Below, piece after piece: positions 18,706 to 27,565 of a DNA stretch of 64,000 nt (within the stretch, counting starts at the first letter, position 1; every line of letters starts with the position of its first letter). The translations under genes were made by a program, and so were the position numbers. The notes beneath the pieces were generated by a model. It was not told where the DNA came from. It saw only the letters and a list, made by a program, of their open reading frames with translations, and did no database searches. This stretch comes from Candidatus Sungiibacteriota bacterium (GTDB lineage Bacteria > Patescibacteriota > Minisyncoccia > Sungbacterales > SURF-37): positions 1,906 to 65,905 of the forward strand of contig JACPMF010000006.1 in assembly GCA_016186145.1 (NCBI GenBank), in the 5' to 3' direction.

Positions 18706-20382
18706 ATGAAATTATTTTATTTCCCAAAATTCGTAATGCTCTCTTTCGCAATCATTGCGCTTTCGTTTTTTGCGGTCTTTTTCGTTACCTTTGCTCTGAA
18801 TGAAGTATCGGCACAAATTAGCAATATTACATACCCAGTAGCAGAGTTGGGGAGTTGTGTCGGCCAGCAAGAATGTGAAGCTTACTGCGGTGTGCCAAGC
18901 AATTATTCAAAATGCGCCGCATTTGCCCAAAAAAATAATTTAGCAATAGAAATACCCGACGATAAAAAAGCCGTTTTTGCGGCGATGCAAAAAGGAGAGA
19001 GTCCGGGCGGATGCAAGGATGAAGCATCTTGCCGCAATTATTGCGAAGATATTGACCACATAGAGGAATGCGTCAATTTTGTGGAAAAATTTAACTTGGC
19101 CAGTTCTGACGAGTTAAAGGAAATACGCCAGATGGCCGATGTTAAAAAAGCGGGTGTGGCGTTTCCGGGAAACTGCAAAACCAAAGAAAACTGTTTAAAG
19201 TATTGTGATAATTCCGATAACGCGGTTGTATGTATGGAATTTGCCCTGAAAGCCGGATTTATACCGAAAGCAGATACCGAGGCGGTTAGTAAAATTCTTC
19301 CTTATCTGAAGAGCGGCGGGAAATTACCCGGTGGGTGCACGACAAGGGAATCGTGCGACACATACTGTAATGACGACGCTCATGTTACTGAATGCATTAA
19401 CTTTGCCGAAAAAACCGGATTTGTATCAAAAGAGGATGCCGACATAGTGAGGAAGACCGGCGGTAAGAGTCCGGGAAATTGTAAATCGAAAGAGGCATGC
19501 GACAGTTACTGTAAGAGTGAAACGCATATTGATGAATGCGTGGACTTTGCGGTAAAAGCCGGTCTTATCTCAAAAGAAGACGCAGAAATGGCCAAAAGAT
19601 TCAAAATTACTTCCGGCCCCGGCGGATGCAAGAGCAAAGCCGATTGTGAAGCCTTCTGTGTCGTAAACCAGGATACTTGTTTCCAATTTGCCAAGGACCA
19701 TGGAATGCTTAGCGAAGAAGATCTCAAGAACATTGAGGAACAGAAAAAGTTCCTGGAATCGCTTGGTAAGGCCTCTCCGGAGTGGTTTGCCTGCATGGAG
19801 AAAGAGCTCGGTTCACCCTTTTTTGAACGATTTAAGGCTGGAAAATTAACACAAACAGAAGCCAAATCTCCAGCCCTGGAAAAAGCGCAGAGAAAATGCG
19901 GGGGCGAGATGGCCCAGGAAAAAGAGGCCGCCTGTTTGGCACTTTCCTGCTCCGAGTTTGAGTCCTGTCTAAAAGCTCTGCAGTCAAGCGGCGGAGACCA
20001 GGACGGAGAACAACAAGAAGAAGGCGCTCCGAATCCGGCAGTTAATGCGAAGGCCCAATCCTGCCAACAAGAAAAAATTAACGCGTGTTTGGCAAAATCG
20101 TGCAGTGAATTTGACGCTTGTGTAAATGCTCTTCAGCAAGGTGGTGGAAAACAGGGCGGACAACAGCAGCAGGGAGAGTCGGATCCGAAGCTAAAAGCAA
20201 AAATCCAGGCCTGTACTGATGAAAAAATTAACGCGTGTATTGCCAAACCATGCGGTGAATTTCAAGCCTGTCTTAATTCTTTAGGCGCTGGAGGTGAAGG
20301 CGGAGCACAACAGGGCGCACCGAATCCGGCTGTTCAGTCCAAGCTTATGACATGCTTTCCTCCGCCTCCTTCAGGTGAATGA
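18706..20382 (+). CDS. secreted Cys-rich tandem-repeat protein
   Basis: Signal/TM at the N-terminus. Six ~50 aa repeats of PGGCKxKExCxxYCxxxxHxxECxxFAxKxGxxSKED. Three C-terminal repeats of CxxEKINAC(L/I)AKxCxEFxACxNALQQGG. Confidence 0.7.
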   Translation: MKLFYFPKFVMLSFAIIALSFFAVFFVTFALNEVSAQISNITYPVAELGSCVGQQECEAYCGVPSNYSKCAAFAQKNNLAIEIPDDKKAVFAAMQKGESPGGCKDEASCRNYCEDIDHIEECVNFVEKFNLASSDELKEIRQMADVKKAGVAFPGNCKTKENCLKYCDNSDNAVVCMEFALKAGFIPKADTEAVSKILPYLKSGGKLPGGCTTRESCDTYCNDDAHVTECINFAEKTGFVSKEDADIVRKTGGKSPGNCKSKEACDSYCKSETHIDECVDFAVKAGLISKEDAEMAKRFKITSGPGGCKSKADCEAFCVVNQDTCFQFAKDHGMLSEEDLKNIEEQKKFLESLGKASPEWFACMEKELGSPFFERFKAGKLTQTEAKSPALEKAQRKCGGEMAQEKEAACLALSCSEFESCLKALQSSGGDQDGEQQEEGAPNPAVNAKAQSCQQEKINACLAKSCSEFDACVNALQQGGGKQGGQQQQGESDPKLKAKIQACTDEKINACIAKPCGEFQACLNSLGAGGEGGAQQGAPNPAVQSKLMTCFPPPPSGE

Positions 20383-20476
20383 GGGCCATCGAGCTCATTT
20401 ATAGGGCACTCATTTCTTACAACAATATCAAGGTTTCTTCTTAAATAACGGGGTTTTGATTTTTATAAAACGCCAG

Positions 20477-20504
20477 TAGACATCAAACAGCCTCTTTTTA
20501 TAGT
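20477..20504. repeat. 28-bp direct repeat, copy 2; here it forms part of a hairpin GTAGACA...TGTCTAC
   Basis: Identical to 18315-18342. Confidence 0.9.
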
Positions 20505-20646
20505 GTCTACTTTGTCTACTGAGGCCCCGCCTGCGCTAAAGCTACGGACGGGCAGGTCGGATTTTGTTCGGGGGGGACAGCACGCGTATGCTAAAGTCAG
20601 GTGACTGAGGTGCCCGCCCTTTGGGCGGCATCGCATACGACTCCTT

Positions 20647-20788
20647 TCCACCATGTCATACCGGCTGATGGTTCGACAAGCTCACCATAAAGCGCCGCTT
20701 GTCCTGTTTATGCCGAGCCGTGTCGAGGGAGGCGGAGTCGAAGGATATTCAAGAACGAAAAGTCCGCTGTAAAGTCAGCGACTTTTCG
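20647..20788 (+). repeat. R1 repeat copy C, split by a 77-bp insert (20669-20745) with inverted ends
   Basis: ccaccatgtcataccggctga | insert tggTTCGACaag..gaGTCGAAgga | tattcaagaacgaaaag, then hairpin CGCTG-TAAAGT-CAGCG and a T-run. Confidence 0.7.
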
Positions 20789-20965
20789 TCTGGACAGGGG
20801 AGCGCGTAAAATTTTCTCGAAGAAAATTATCAGTGCAAAAAGACTTATTTCATGATAAGCTTTTTATATTGTTTGCTTGCGATTTACCTTGTTAGAAATT
20901 TTGGATCAGCGGAATACGGTAAATAGCAGTGTTGAATTATATTATAGATGAACTTCTAGCGGAAT

Positions 20966-22012
20966 TTGTTTATGGTTAAAAAACTTCGCATTGCGCAACT
21001 TGCCCCCTTATGGATTCCGATACCGCCGCGAACATACGGCGGGATTGAGCTTATGCTCTCAGAACTGACAGAAGAGTTGGTAAAGCGTAAGTATGAGGTA
21101 ACGCTTTTTGCGTCTGGCGATTCAAAAACAACCGCGAAATTCGTCCCGATTATCGAAAAAGCGATTTGGCTTGATCATGAATTGAAAAATCCGCATGCGC
21201 CGGTGATGCGCATGCTGAAAGAGGTTTTTGAGAGGTTTTACGAGTTTGATGTTCTCCACAACCACTTCAATTTTTTCATGTTCCCGCTCTCACTACGTCT
21301 TGATTGTCCGCGATTTCTAACTACCGTTCATCGACCGGTTGACAAACAATATGCTGAAGCCATGAAAACCTATCATAAAATCAAGTATGTGGCGATCTCC
21401 GAAGATCATAAAAAAAGCATGGAAGAGTTGGGCGTTCCCGTGTGCGGCGTGGTCTATAACGGCATTGACCCCGCGCGTTATGAATTCAATGATTCTCCCG
21501 GCGATTATCTTTTATACTTGAGCCGTCTTAACCGAGAAAAAGGCGTGCTGACTGCCATTGAGGTTGCCAAGGCCATGGGACAAAAGTTGATTATTGCCGG
21601 AAACAGCGCAGGAAACGCCGAATGGTCTTTTTTCATGCACGAAATTCAGCCGCACCTCCATGACGACAATATCTCTTTTCGCGGACAGGTGAATTTTCAA
21701 GAAAAAGTTGCGCTTCTGAAAAACGCCAAGGCGCTTCTTTTTCCGATTGATCGTCGAGAGCCGTTCGGCCTTGTCATGATAGAGGCAATGGCTTGCGGAA
21801 CCCCGGTGATCGGTTTCAGAAAAGGTTCGGTGCCTGAAATAGTAGAACACGGAAAAACCGGCTTTGTTGTGAATACGCCGGAAGGGATGGTTAAGGCGAT
21901 AGGGCGGCTCTCAGAAATTAATCGAAAGATATGCCGCAAGACGGTAGAAGATAAATTCTCCTTGAAGCAAATGGTTGATAAATATGAGGAAATTTATAAA
22001 AAACTTGCCTAA
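20966..22012 (+). CDS. GT4-family glycosyltransferase
   Basis: N-terminus KKLRIAQLAPLW. C-terminus EPFGLVMIEAMACGTPVIGF..GKTGFVV. Confidence 0.8.
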   Translation: MFMVKKLRIAQLAPLWIPIPPRTYGGIELMLSELTEELVKRKYEVTLFASGDSKTTAKFVPIIEKAIWLDHELKNPHAPVMRMLKEVFERFYEFDVLHNHFNFFMFPLSLRLDCPRFLTTVHRPVDKQYAEAMKTYHKIKYVAISEDHKKSMEELGVPVCGVVYNGIDPARYEFNDSPGDYLLYLSRLNREKGVLTAIEVAKAMGQKLIIAGNSAGNAEWSFFMHEIQPHLHDDNISFRGQVNFQEKVALLKNAKALLFPIDRREPFGLVMIEAMACGTPVIGFRKGSVPEIVEHGKTGFVVNTPEGMVKAIGRLSEINRKICRKTVEDKFSLKQMVDKYEEIYKKLA

Positions 22013-23090
22013 AAAAACAAAAAAACTCCGCATCGCCCAAGTAGCGCCGCTGTGGTTTACTATCCCGCCAAAAGGATATGGCGGAATTGAGCGCATTGTT
22101 TCCATGCTTACGGAGGAACTTACGCGCCGAGGACACGCGGTAACGCTTTTTGCGGCTCCCGGTTCCCGAACTTCCGCAAAACTTATCTCGGTTTTTGACA
22201 AGCCTCTCAGCGAAGCAAATATCCCTTGGTCAAATCCTATTTGGAATTTAAGAAATCTTTCAACGGCATTCGAGATGGCGGACAAGGGAGCATTTGACAT
22301 CATTCACTCTCATCTTGATCTCTGGGCGCTTTTTTTTCAAAACCTGACGAAAGTACCTTCAATACACACCATGCATAACCCTCTTTATCGCACGAACGCC
22401 GATGCCACGAAAAATGAGCGCTTACGGCTTTTTACCGAAGAAGCGTCCCGCACCAATATCGTATTTATCAGCAAATCGGCGCGGAAACTTGCGATGGTAA
22501 ATTTGCCCAAAAGCCGGGTCATCTATAACGGCATTGATCTCAAACATTTTCGTTTCAATAAGAAGGGCGGCGAACATTTTATCTGGATCGCCAGGATGAA
22601 TAAGCATAAGGGTGTCGAGAATGCTATTGCGGCATGCGAGCAAATAAATGCCCGGCTTCTCCTTGCGGGAAGGATTGATCCCACCCAACGGGAATATTTT
22701 GAAAAGATGATTAAGCCGCACCTCAATGAAAAGATACGGTATGTTGGCGAGCTCAAAGACAACAAACTTTCCGAATTTTACGGCCGGGCGAAAGCCCTTC
22801 TTTACCCGATCGAATGGGAAGAGCCTTTCGGTTTAGTAGTTGCCGAAGCAATGGCCTGCGGCACGCCCGTGATTGCGTATAAGCGAGGATCGATGGAAGA
22901 ACTTATCAAAGACGGCGAAAGCGGATTTGTTGTCGAGAGCGACATTGGAAAACTTATTGAGGCAATGAAAAAGGTTGATACTGTTGATCGCGTCGCGGTT
23001 CGCAAACATACGAAAGATAATTTCAGCAAAGAACGAATGGTCGATGAATACGAAAAGCTTTACTACGAATTATGTCTAAAACAAAGATAG
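21975..23090 (+). CDS. GT4-family glycosyltransferase
   Basis: N-terminus KKLRIAQVAPLW. C-terminus EEPFGLVVAEAMACGTPVIAY..GESGFVV. Start may be at 21984. Confidence 0.8.
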   Translation: MINMRKFIKNLPKKTKKLRIAQVAPLWFTIPPKGYGGIERIVSMLTEELTRRGHAVTLFAAPGSRTSAKLISVFDKPLSEANIPWSNPIWNLRNLSTAFEMADKGAFDIIHSHLDLWALFFQNLTKVPSIHTMHNPLYRTNADATKNERLRLFTEEASRTNIVFISKSARKLAMVNLPKSRVIYNGIDLKHFRFNKKGGEHFIWIARMNKHKGVENAIAACEQINARLLLAGRIDPTQREYFEKMIKPHLNEKIRYVGELKDNKLSEFYGRAKALLYPIEWEEPFGLVVAEAMACGTPVIAYKRGSMEELIKDGESGFVVESDIGKLIEAMKKVDTVDRVAVRKHTKDNFSKERMVDEYEKLYYELCLKQR

Positions 23091-24238
23091 CGGTTAAAAA
23101 AATCAAGCAGAAGTTGGAGGAAAATATCGAGACATTGCGAGACCCGGAATTCGGCTATATTCGCGCGGGGCTTCCGCGATTTGCCGCGCTCTTTGGAAGA
23201 GACTCGTGTATTGTCTCATGGCAGTTGATTGATTACGATCCTGATATTGCCCGCCGCACCATTAAAATCCTTGCCCGGCTTCAAGGCAAAAAAGTTGACA
23301 ATGAAAGCGAAGAGGAGCCCGGGAAAATTGTCCATGAATGGCACCCGAATCCGTCAGAATATAAATCACTGCAGTGGCCTTTGCCGTATTACGGCTCGGT
23401 GGATTCAACTCCGTTTTTCATATACCTTTGCGGCCTTTATTACGAAAAGACCGTTGATACCGAATGGCTTGTAAAATACTGGCCGCATATCGTTGCCGCT
23501 CTTGAGTGGTGTGAAAAATACGGAGATTTTGACGGCGATACGCTCCTTGAATATGAGAGAAAAAATCCCACCGGTCTTTTTCATCAAGGATGGAAAGATA
23601 GCCGCATGGATCATTTGGGGCTTATGACGCCGGTAGAGCTGGTCGAGGCGCAGGGGTATTACTATGCAGCGCTTCGCGAAGCTGCGGAGTTTGCGTTAAT
23701 GCTAAAAAACGAATCCCTCGAAAGGAATCTTCGTTCGCGTGCCGAAAAATTAAAAGAAGCTGCCCTAAAAGAATTCTGGCTTCCAGAGAAAAACTTTTTT
23801 GCCACCGCTCTTACGGAATCCAAATTTCCGGACAAGCGAATTTCTTCCAATCCGGGCCATCTTCTTTTCAGCGGGATTCTTGACGGCGAAGATTTTAAAA
23901 TTAAAGCTACAGTAGATCGCCTTTTTCAAAATGATATGTGGACGACCTATGGCATCCGCACCCATGCGGAGTCAAATTCTGACTTCAATCCGATGAGTTA
24001 TCACCTCGGATCAATCTGGCCGCACGACAACTGGATTATTGCGCAAGGGCTGAAAAAGCACGGATACAACAAAGAGTATCGGAAAATAAAACAAGGACTT
24101 CTTAACGCATATTCCGAACTTGGAGAAATTCCGGAGCTTTATGCCGTGGTGGATGGCAAAATTGAGCAGATTCCTGTTGCGTGCTCTCCTCAAGCGTGGG
24201 CAAGCGGCGCATTATTAAATTTTATTTTGGAAAAATGA
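23072..24238 (+). CDS. amylo-alpha-1,6-glucosidase / glycogen-debranching-like six-hairpin glycoside hydrolase
   Basis: MWTTYGIRTHAESNSDFNPMSYHLGSIWPHDNW resembles the debranching-enzyme C-domain. Confidence 0.55.
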   Translation: MSKTKIAVKKIKQKLEENIETLRDPEFGYIRAGLPRFAALFGRDSCIVSWQLIDYDPDIARRTIKILARLQGKKVDNESEEEPGKIVHEWHPNPSEYKSLQWPLPYYGSVDSTPFFIYLCGLYYEKTVDTEWLVKYWPHIVAALEWCEKYGDFDGDTLLEYERKNPTGLFHQGWKDSRMDHLGLMTPVELVEAQGYYYAALREAAEFALMLKNESLERNLRSRAEKLKEAALKEFWLPEKNFFATALTESKFPDKRISSNPGHLLFSGILDGEDFKIKATVDRLFQNDMWTTYGIRTHAESNSDFNPMSYHLGSIWPHDNWIIAQGLKKHGYNKEYRKIKQGLLNAYSELGEIPELYAVVDGKIEQIPVACSPQAWASGALLNFILEK

Positions 24239-25335
24239 AAAAACTCCGAATTGCCGCAATGGTCTCCGGTCACTTCACTACGCCGCCGCCCCCCGGCGTA
24301 ATTTACGCGCCGATGGATATTGCGGTTGCAGTAAGCGAGGGTTTGGCGAAGCGGGGTCACGACGTGACCTTCTTCGCTCCCGAAGGTTCAAAAATAAAAG
24401 TCTCAAAAAATGAAACCGCCGGACTGAAACCGTTGCGCCAAAACGGAAAGCTCGCAATTTTGGCCGGGCCGAATGTCGGCGGAGCAGAAAAGGCAAAAAT
24501 CTACAACCTTTGGGACCAATTCCTGCTTTCTGCCATATATAAAGAATCTCTTGACGGTAAATTTGACGTTGTTCATATTCATCCCGTTGATCGCGCATTA
24601 CCCTTAGCGTACGCAATGCGCAATATCCCAACGGTATATACGCTCCATGATCCCATTTATCCATGGCGTGCCGAAATTTTCCGAATGTTTTCCTCGCCCA
24701 ATCAGCATTATGTGTCAATTAGTGATTCGCAGCGGCTACCAGCCCCGGATCTTAATTATCTCGCGACGATTTATAACGGAATCGACACCAAAGAAATTCC
24801 CTTTTACGAAAAACCGAAGGGAAATTATTTATTATTTGTCGGTCGGCTTCATCCGGAAAAGGGCGTAGCAGAAGCGGTGGAAATTGCCCGAAAAACCGGG
24901 GATGAGCTCATAATCCTTGGACCGCCGGTTACCGGAGAATATTGGGACAAAAAAATTAAACCATATCTCGGAGAGAAAATTCGCCACATCGGCGTTGTTT
25001 CAAGAAAGGAACTGTACGAATATTATGGAAACGCGAGAGCAACACTCGTGCCAATCCAGTGGGAAGAACCCTTCGGGCTCGTAATGATAGAATCAATGGC
25101 CACGGGAACGCCGGTTATAGCATTTCGGCGCGGATCGGTGCCGGAGATCGTCGTTGGCGGTAAGAACGGTTTTATTGTTGACACCGTTGATGAGATGGCC
25201 GAAGCGATTAAAAGAGTTGGCGCAATTCGCAGAAACGATTGCCGCATTCATGTTGAAGAAAACTTCGGAATGGAGCGCATGATCGATCGCTATGAAGAAG
25301 CATTTTTGCAATTGGTGGGCACTAAGTCAGGTTAA
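24235..25335 (+). CDS. GT4-family glycosyltransferase
   Basis: MKKLRIAAMV start overlaps the previous stop (ATGA). C-terminus EEPFGLVMIESMATGTPVIAF..GKNGFIV. Confidence 0.8.
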   Translation: MKKLRIAAMVSGHFTTPPPPGVIYAPMDIAVAVSEGLAKRGHDVTFFAPEGSKIKVSKNETAGLKPLRQNGKLAILAGPNVGGAEKAKIYNLWDQFLLSAIYKESLDGKFDVVHIHPVDRALPLAYAMRNIPTVYTLHDPIYPWRAEIFRMFSSPNQHYVSISDSQRLPAPDLNYLATIYNGIDTKEIPFYEKPKGNYLLFVGRLHPEKGVAEAVEIARKTGDELIILGPPVTGEYWDKKIKPYLGEKIRHIGVVSRKELYEYYGNARATLVPIQWEEPFGLVMIESMATGTPVIAFRRGSVPEIVVGGKNGFIVDTVDEMAEAIKRVGAIRRNDCRIHVEENFGMERMIDRYEEAFLQLVGTKSG

Positions 25336-25361
25336 AAGCATGGGAAAACACCGTAACTGAT

Positions 25362-25889
25362 ATGCGAAAATATTTGCGATACACATGGGCTAGCCCAAAG
25401 ATTGCCGCCGGAAAATCTCAAATACACGGCGAGGGCATTTTCGCAACTGAAAAAATAACCAGAGGAGAAAAAATTATGGAGTTTGGGGGAGAGTTGGTAT
25501 CGCGCGAGCAGGCATTTTCTGGAAATTATCGAAGCCGTTCAATCTGGATGGTGGATAAAGGTCATTTTCTTGCCTTGCCAAAAAGCGATACGCATATAAG
25601 CTTGGATGAGTATTTAAATCATTCCTGCGATGCGAATACCTGGCTTGAAGATGAGGTTACTATTGCGGCCTGCCGAGACATTAATTTTGGCGAGGAGATA
25701 ACTCTAGATCAGGGCACTTGGAATTTCGAAGACAGCGAATACACGGACAATCGTGAATTCTGCTCGTGTGGAACGACCCGGTGCCGCCATACGCTGACCA
25801 AAGATGATTGGAAACTTGTTGATATTCAAGAGCGATACAAAGATCATTTCCACCCCATGATTCAACAAAAGATTGATGCGATAGTATAA
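25362..25889 (+). CDS. SET-domain protein (putative lysine methyltransferase)
   Basis: GEGIFA, NHSCDAN, GEEITLD and a post-SET CSCGTTRCRH motif. Confidence 0.65.
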   Translation: MRKYLRYTWASPKIAAGKSQIHGEGIFATEKITRGEKIMEFGGELVSREQAFSGNYRSRSIWMVDKGHFLALPKSDTHISLDEYLNHSCDANTWLEDEVTIAACRDINFGEEITLDQGTWNFEDSEYTDNREFCSCGTTRCRHTLTKDDWKLVDIQERYKDHFHPMIQQKIDAIV

Positions 25890-25912
25890 AGAAGATCGAC
25901 GCGGCAAAAGTT

Positions 25913-26872
25913 ATGGAAAAATTTCAAAGACGGATCAAATTCAGCGGTGATATCCGCCCGCTTTTAGAAAAGATCGCGTTTGATTATAAATTAGGCCTCT
26001 ATAAAACGCACCGCATTATCCCTGTCGGTTACGAGGATTACAACCTCGTGCTCACGACTGAAAAAGATAGATATTTTGTAAAAATTTTCGCCTCCTATCG
26101 TTCGAGGGCGAACTGCGAACGGTATATCGCGATCATTCGTCAAGCTTTGAGACACGGAGTTTGCCATCCCATGCTTTATAAATCTCCGAGTGGATTTTTA
26201 TATTCATTGAATCTAAACAAAATCATGCTCCGGTTATGCGTGATGGAATATATAGATGGAACTAGCCTCTATTCTTTGGGGGGAAATTTGAGTCAAAAAA
26301 AGGCGAAATTCCTTATCAAACAGGCGGCACTTATTAACCAAATCAAGTTAAGGCCGAAATTCGTTTACGATAGCTGGGCGATTTCAAACTTTCTTAAGGA
26401 GTACAAGAAAAAGCGAAAATTTCTCGGAGTCAAAGAGCAAACAGCGCTTGATCGGCTCAAAAAGCAATTCGTACAAGTTTCAATTCGAAAATTGCCTCGT
26501 TGTTTAGTTCACGGGGACATTATTAAAACGAATGTTTTGAAAGATAAGAACGGGAGGCTCCATATCATTGATTTCTCGGTTGCAAACTATTATCCGCGAA
26601 TACAGGAATTAGCTGTTTTACTCTGCAGCGTCCTTTTCGATGAAAAATGCCCGGAGAAGATGGAAGACCAAAGACGTTTCGCCTTAAAGGAATACAAAAA
26701 ACATATCAAACTTACTGATGCAGAGGTCCTCGCTTTCCCTATTTTCTGCGATGTTGCTCATGCGATGCACCTGCTTCAGGCCGCTTACGAAGAAAAGGTG
26801 AAGCATAATACCAGTAAGGAGAATAAATACTGGTTAAGGTTGGGTAGAATCGGCCTCGGAGTCGCAAAATAA
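25913..26872 (+). CDS. phosphotransferase of the APH/choline-kinase-like family
   Basis: Catalytic loop LVHGDIIKTNVL and IIDFSVANY. Confidence 0.65.
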   Translation: MEKFQRRIKFSGDIRPLLEKIAFDYKLGLYKTHRIIPVGYEDYNLVLTTEKDRYFVKIFASYRSRANCERYIAIIRQALRHGVCHPMLYKSPSGFLYSLNLNKIMLRLCVMEYIDGTSLYSLGGNLSQKKAKFLIKQAALINQIKLRPKFVYDSWAISNFLKEYKKKRKFLGVKEQTALDRLKKQFVQVSIRKLPRCLVHGDIIKTNVLKDKNGRLHIIDFSVANYYPRIQELAVLLCSVLFDEKCPEKMEDQRRFALKEYKKHIKLTDAEVLAFPIFCDVAHAMHLLQAAYEEKVKHNTSKENKYWLRLGRIGLGVAK

Positions 26873-26954
26873 ATCCCCACCAAGATTCTTCCACCAGCGG
26901 CTTTGGTTTAAAAAAAGCCATCGTGTAAACGATGGCTGTTACGGATATATCCGG

Positions 26955-27431
26955 TTAGAACTTCGCGATTGTCACGTACGCGTCAGAGATGTGGAGGTTG
27001 AGTTCTTTCTCAAGGAGCTGCTCCCATTCGGCCGCAGTAGCACAGAGTTCATCGTAGATTGTCTCGTCGAAAACATGCACCGTGCGCGTGCTTACCTCGA
27101 CCAGAGCAGGGTACTGATCCGGCTTTTCCGGCTCGACTTTGTCCACGACAAAGTCAGGGATAGCAACCCTTCAACCAAAGCCATTCATTCTGACGACCCC
27201 AACCAACGCATCGTCGGTAAGACAAGCGTTGCTGTGTTCGCGGTTTGACTGCATCACAAGACTCAAAACCTCTTGAGCGCGTTCCTCGCCAAGAACTTCC
27301 GAAGAGAGATAATCAAGTAGCCGAAATCCTTTGGGCGCAAGGGCCCTGTTGAAAGCCGGAAGGATAGTTTCCTTGAATGCTCGTTCCATCAGCGGCCTGT
27401 CGGGCACCGCAAACGCCTCTGTTTTTGGCAC
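26955..27431 (-). pseudogene. GC-rich ORF interrupted by one in-frame TGA (pseudogene or recoding)
   Basis: ORFs 27171-27431 and 26955-27146 are in the same frame. Only the TGA at 27171-27173 separates them. GC is above that of the neighbours. Confidence 0.35.
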
Positions 27432-27565
27432 GTCGTGCCTCCGTTCTCTGCTTCTTAAGCGGTAATAAATTAAAGAGCATTCACAGTATAACTGTCATGG
27501 ACAAGATGTCAACTACAGCCAATAGATACGCTCGTCCTATTATTGTATAATGGCTTAACACTATT

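Noticed and set aside
20647-20790. tmRNA (ssrA), suggested by ccGGCTGATGGTTCGACaag resembling the tmRNA 5' GGGGCUGAUUCUGGAUUCGAC, and by a similar GGATTCGACAGCCGG at about 13535
   Set aside because: No tag-peptide reading frame (...AA-stop), no T-arm/CCA 3' end and no paired acceptor stem could be found near either site. I treat it as chance motif similarity inside the R1 insert.
3660-20800. An integrase or recombinase gene expected for tRNA-adjacent islands
   Set aside because: No ORF in the accessory region has tyrosine- or serine-recombinase motifs. Mobility is inferred only from the repeats and GC.
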